This document shows positions 61,786-64,000 of a DNA stretch of 64,000 nt, piece after piece. This stretch comes from Limisphaerales bacterium (GTDB lineage: Bacteria > Verrucomicrobiota > Verrucomicrobiia > Limisphaerales > SXTU01): positions 270,529 through 334,528 of the forward strand of contig WRPG01000001.1 in assembly GCA_009773355.1 (NCBI GenBank), read 5' to 3'. The notes under the pieces were generated by a model, which was not told the DNA's origin, did not search any database, and was given only the letters and a program-made list of their open reading frames with translations. A program made the position numbers and the translations under genes. Numbering within the stretch: position 1 is the stretch's first letter; every line of letters begins with the position of its first letter.

Positions 61786-64000
61786 ATGTCCGCCACCACT
61801 CCCAGTTCCGACCGCGTCCGCGTGGACGGCAAGTTCTTCCGCCTCGGCGAGCAGAAGTTTTGCGCCAAGGGCGTGACCTACGGGCCGTTTGCGCTGGGCG
61901 AGGACAAGTCGCACTTCCCGCCACGCGCGCAGATGGAGCGGGACTTCCTGCAAATCCGCGAGCTGGGCGCGAACACGCTGCGCGTTTACACGATTCCCCC
62001 GCGTTGGCTGCTGGAGCTCGCGCAGGCGCACGGCCTCAAGCTGCTCGTGGACGTGCCGTGGTGGAAGAACGGCTGCTTCCTCGACAGCGCCGAGACGCGC
62101 GCCACCGCGCGCAAGGCCGTGGCCGATGCCGTCGCCGCCTGCGCGCATCACCCGGCGGTCTTTGCCTTCAGCGTGGTGAACGAAATCCCGCCCGACCTCG
62201 TGCGCTGGAGCGGCGCGGAGAAGGTGGCGGAGTTCATAGACGAGCTGGTGGCCGTGGCGAAGGACGTGGACCCGGAGTGTCTTTGCACGTTCGCCAACTT
62301 CCCGCCGACGGAATTCCTCCAGCCGCGCAACCTCGATTTCTTTACGTTCAACGTCTATCTCCACCACCCGAAGCCGTTCGACAACTACCTCGCGCGGCTC
62401 CAGATGATTGCGGACACGAAGCCGCTGCTGCTCGGCGAGTTTGGCGTGGACTCGGTGCGCGAGGGTGAGCCGGCCAAGTGCGAGATGCTGCGCTGGCAGA
62501 TCGAGACGGCGTTCAACTGTGGGGTCGCGGGCGCGGTGGTCTTCGCGTTCACCGATGACTGGTGGAAGGACGGGCATCAAGTGCTCGACTGGCACTTCGG
62601 CGTCGTGACGCGCGAACGGCAGGCGAAAGATTCCTTCGCCGTGGTGCGGGACGCGTTCAAGACCGCGCCGCACTTCCCGCTGCCGCGCTGTCCGAAAGTC
62701 AGCATCGTCGTGGCGAGCTACAACGGCGGCAAGACCCTGCCCGCGTGCCTCACCTCGCTGGAGCGGCTCAACTACCCGAACTACGAAGTCATCCTCGTGG
62801 ACGACGGCTCCAAGGATGACACGCAGCAAATCGTCGCGCGGTATCGGATGGAGCTGGAGGACCGGACGGTGGCGAAAGAGAGCGGAGCGCAGGTGTCCAA
62901 CCTGCACGATGAGGCTGAGCAGGGACGCGCAGGTTGGACACCTGCGCTCCGGCCGCGCTTCCGCTGCATCCGCCAGGTCAACCTCGGCCTCTCCGTCGCG
63001 CGCAACACAGGCATCAACGCGTCCGAAGGCGAAATCGTCGCGTTCACCGACTCCGACTGCCGCGCGGACGAGGACTGGCTGCATTACCTCGTCGGCGATT
63101 TGCTGCGCAGCGATTTCACGGGCATCGGCGGGCACAACTTTTTGCCGCCCGAGGACGGCTGGATTCCCACGGCGGTGATGGCGTCGCCGGGCGGTCCCGC
63201 GCATGTGATGCTCACCGACCGCCTCGCCGAGCACATCCCGGGCTGCAACATGGCGTTCTACAAGTGGGCGCTGGACGAAATCAGCGGCTTCGACCCGATC
63301 TATCGCAAGGCCGGCGACGACGTGGACGTGTGCTGGCGGCTGCAACAGCGCGGCTACAAGATCGGGTTCAGCTCGGCGGGCTTCGTCTGGCACTACCGGC
63401 GCGCGACGGTGAATGCTTACCTGAAACAGCAGCGTGGCTATGGCGAGGCCGAGGCGTTGCTCGTGCGCAAGCACCCGGAATACTTCAACGACATCGGCAG
63501 CAGCATCTGGCGCGGACGCATCTACACGGCGGCGAAGATCGGCGTCGTGACGCGCGCGCCCATCATCTATCACGGCGTCTTTGGCAGCGCGTTCTTCCAG
63601 TCCATCTACGCGCCGGCTCCCTCGATGTTCCTGATGCTGATGACGAGCCTTGAATGGCATGTGCTCGTGACGCTGCCCTTGATGACCCTCGGTGTCGCAG
63701 GTGCGGGCGTGAAATTCCCGCTGCTGCTGCCGCTGGGCCTCGCGAGCGCGCTGGCGTCGCTGACGCTGTGCATCGTCGCCGGCAGGCAGGCCGAGATTCC
63801 CAAGGCCAAGCGCACCTTCTGGTCGCGGCCGCTCGTCGCGTGGCTCTTCCTCGTGCAGCCCATCATGCGCGGCTGGGCGCGCTACTCCGAGCGGCTCATG
63901 CTCCAGCAGACGCCGCTCTCCGCGCACGAGACGCTCGACACGCTCGACCTCAAGCGCCGCCGCGACGACCGCTTCGAGCTGGCCGGCTACTGGGCGGACT
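61786..64000 (+). CDS. Fusion protein, 3'-partial: N-terminal glycoside-hydrolase-like TIM-barrel domain + family 2 glycosyltransferase + C-terminal TM region
   Basis: I translated this by hand from the ATG at 61786 and found no stop up to the window end. It is absent from the ORF track because it is open-ended. GT2 motifs are VSIVVASYNGGKTL, ILVDDGS, FTDSDC and the QQRGYGE region. The N-terminus has GANTLRVY and NEIP. Confidence 0.85.
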   Translation, partial: MSATTPSSDRVRVDGKFFRLGEQKFCAKGVTYGPFALGEDKSHFPPRAQMERDFLQIRELGANTLRVYTIPPRWLLELAQAHGLKLLVDVPWWKNGCFLDSAETRATARKAVADAVAACAHHPAVFAFSVVNEIPPDLVRWSGAEKVAEFIDELVAVAKDVDPECLCTFANFPPTEFLQPRNLDFFTFNVYLHHPKPFDNYLARLQMIADTKPLLLGEFGVDSVREGEPAKCEMLRWQIETAFNCGVAGAVVFAFTDDWWKDGHQVLDWHFGVVTRERQAKDSFAVVRDAFKTAPHFPLPRCPKVSIVVASYNGGKTLPACLTSLERLNYPNYEVILVDDGSKDDTQQIVARYRMELEDRTVAKESGAQVSNLHDEAEQGRAGWTPALRPRFRCIRQVNLGLSVARNTGINASEGEIVAFTDSDCRADEDWLHYLVGDLLRSDFTGIGGHNFLPPEDGWIPTAVMASPGGPAHVMLTDRLAEHIPGCNMAFYKWALDEISGFDPIYRKAGDDVDVCWRLQQRGYKIGFSSAGFVWHYRRATVNAYLKQQRGYGEAEALLVRKHPEYFNDIGSSIWRGRIYTAAKIGVVTRAPIIYHGVFGSAFFQSIYAPAPSMFLMLMTSLEWHVLVTLPLMTLGVAGAGVKFPLLLPLGLASALASLTLCIVAGRQAEIPKAKRTFWSRPLVAWLFLVQPIMRGWARYSERLMLQQTPLSAHETLDTLDLKRRRDDRFELAGYWAD
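62884..62950. repeat. Perfect 22-bp inverted repeat (23-nt loop) inside the GT2 CDS
   Basis: GGAGCGCAGGTGTCCAACCTGC (62884-62905) is the exact reverse complement of 62929-62950. Each arm contains GCAGGT..ACCTGC. Confidence 0.95.

Noticed and set aside
61570-63927. 785-aa minus-strand ORF
   Set aside because: It is the shadow of the open-ended plus-strand GH-like/GT2 gene (61786..>64000), which has clear GT2 motifs. The antisense product has none.

Overview
High-GC bacterial chromosomal window. Hand-counted 100-nt slices of typical genes give about 68-69 % GC. I call 54 CDS and 1 pseudogene. I found no rRNA, tRNA, CRISPR array, transposase or integrase. The gene content suggests a PVC/Verrucomicrobiota-like organism, which is inference only: Tat-signal DUF1501 and Gfo/Idh/MocA proteins, two DUF1080 domains, futalosine-pathway menaquinone genes, a fused secDF, and abundant short-unit palindromic repeats. 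Most genes are housekeeping: rpoD, gnd, dxr, rpsB-tsf, nadD-rsfS, yajC-secDF, efp, thrS, katG/oxyR, an NAD-linked Mo-formate-dehydrogenase pair plus mobA, cstA, and DUF485-actP. Most long antisense ORFs in the supplied track are shadow ORFs. One real gene is missing from the track because it runs off the window end (61786..>64000). Points worth a second look: (1) A low-GC ankyrin-repeat gene with an unrecognised C-terminal domain sits between mqnE and mqnA. (2) A 7-nt microsatellite lies in frame inside mqnE. (3) A UPF0175/DUF3368 toxin-antitoxin pair has an intact antitoxin, but its toxin is readable only through two compensating frameshifts. (4) At least six sequence-unrelated families of palindromic REP/REPIN-like elements occur, built from tandem 7/8/10/14-nt units. 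Two related structures lie inside coding sequence. (5) The thrS leader carries a ~93-nt hairpin and an orphan intrinsic terminator, and thrS itself has a low-GC ~85-codon insertion. (6) CstA is fused to a YbdD/DUF466-like tail. (7) A translationally coupled pair of unknown membrane/helical proteins lies between mobA and a disulfide oxidoreductase. I could not run any database searches, so all family names come from motif recognition by eye.
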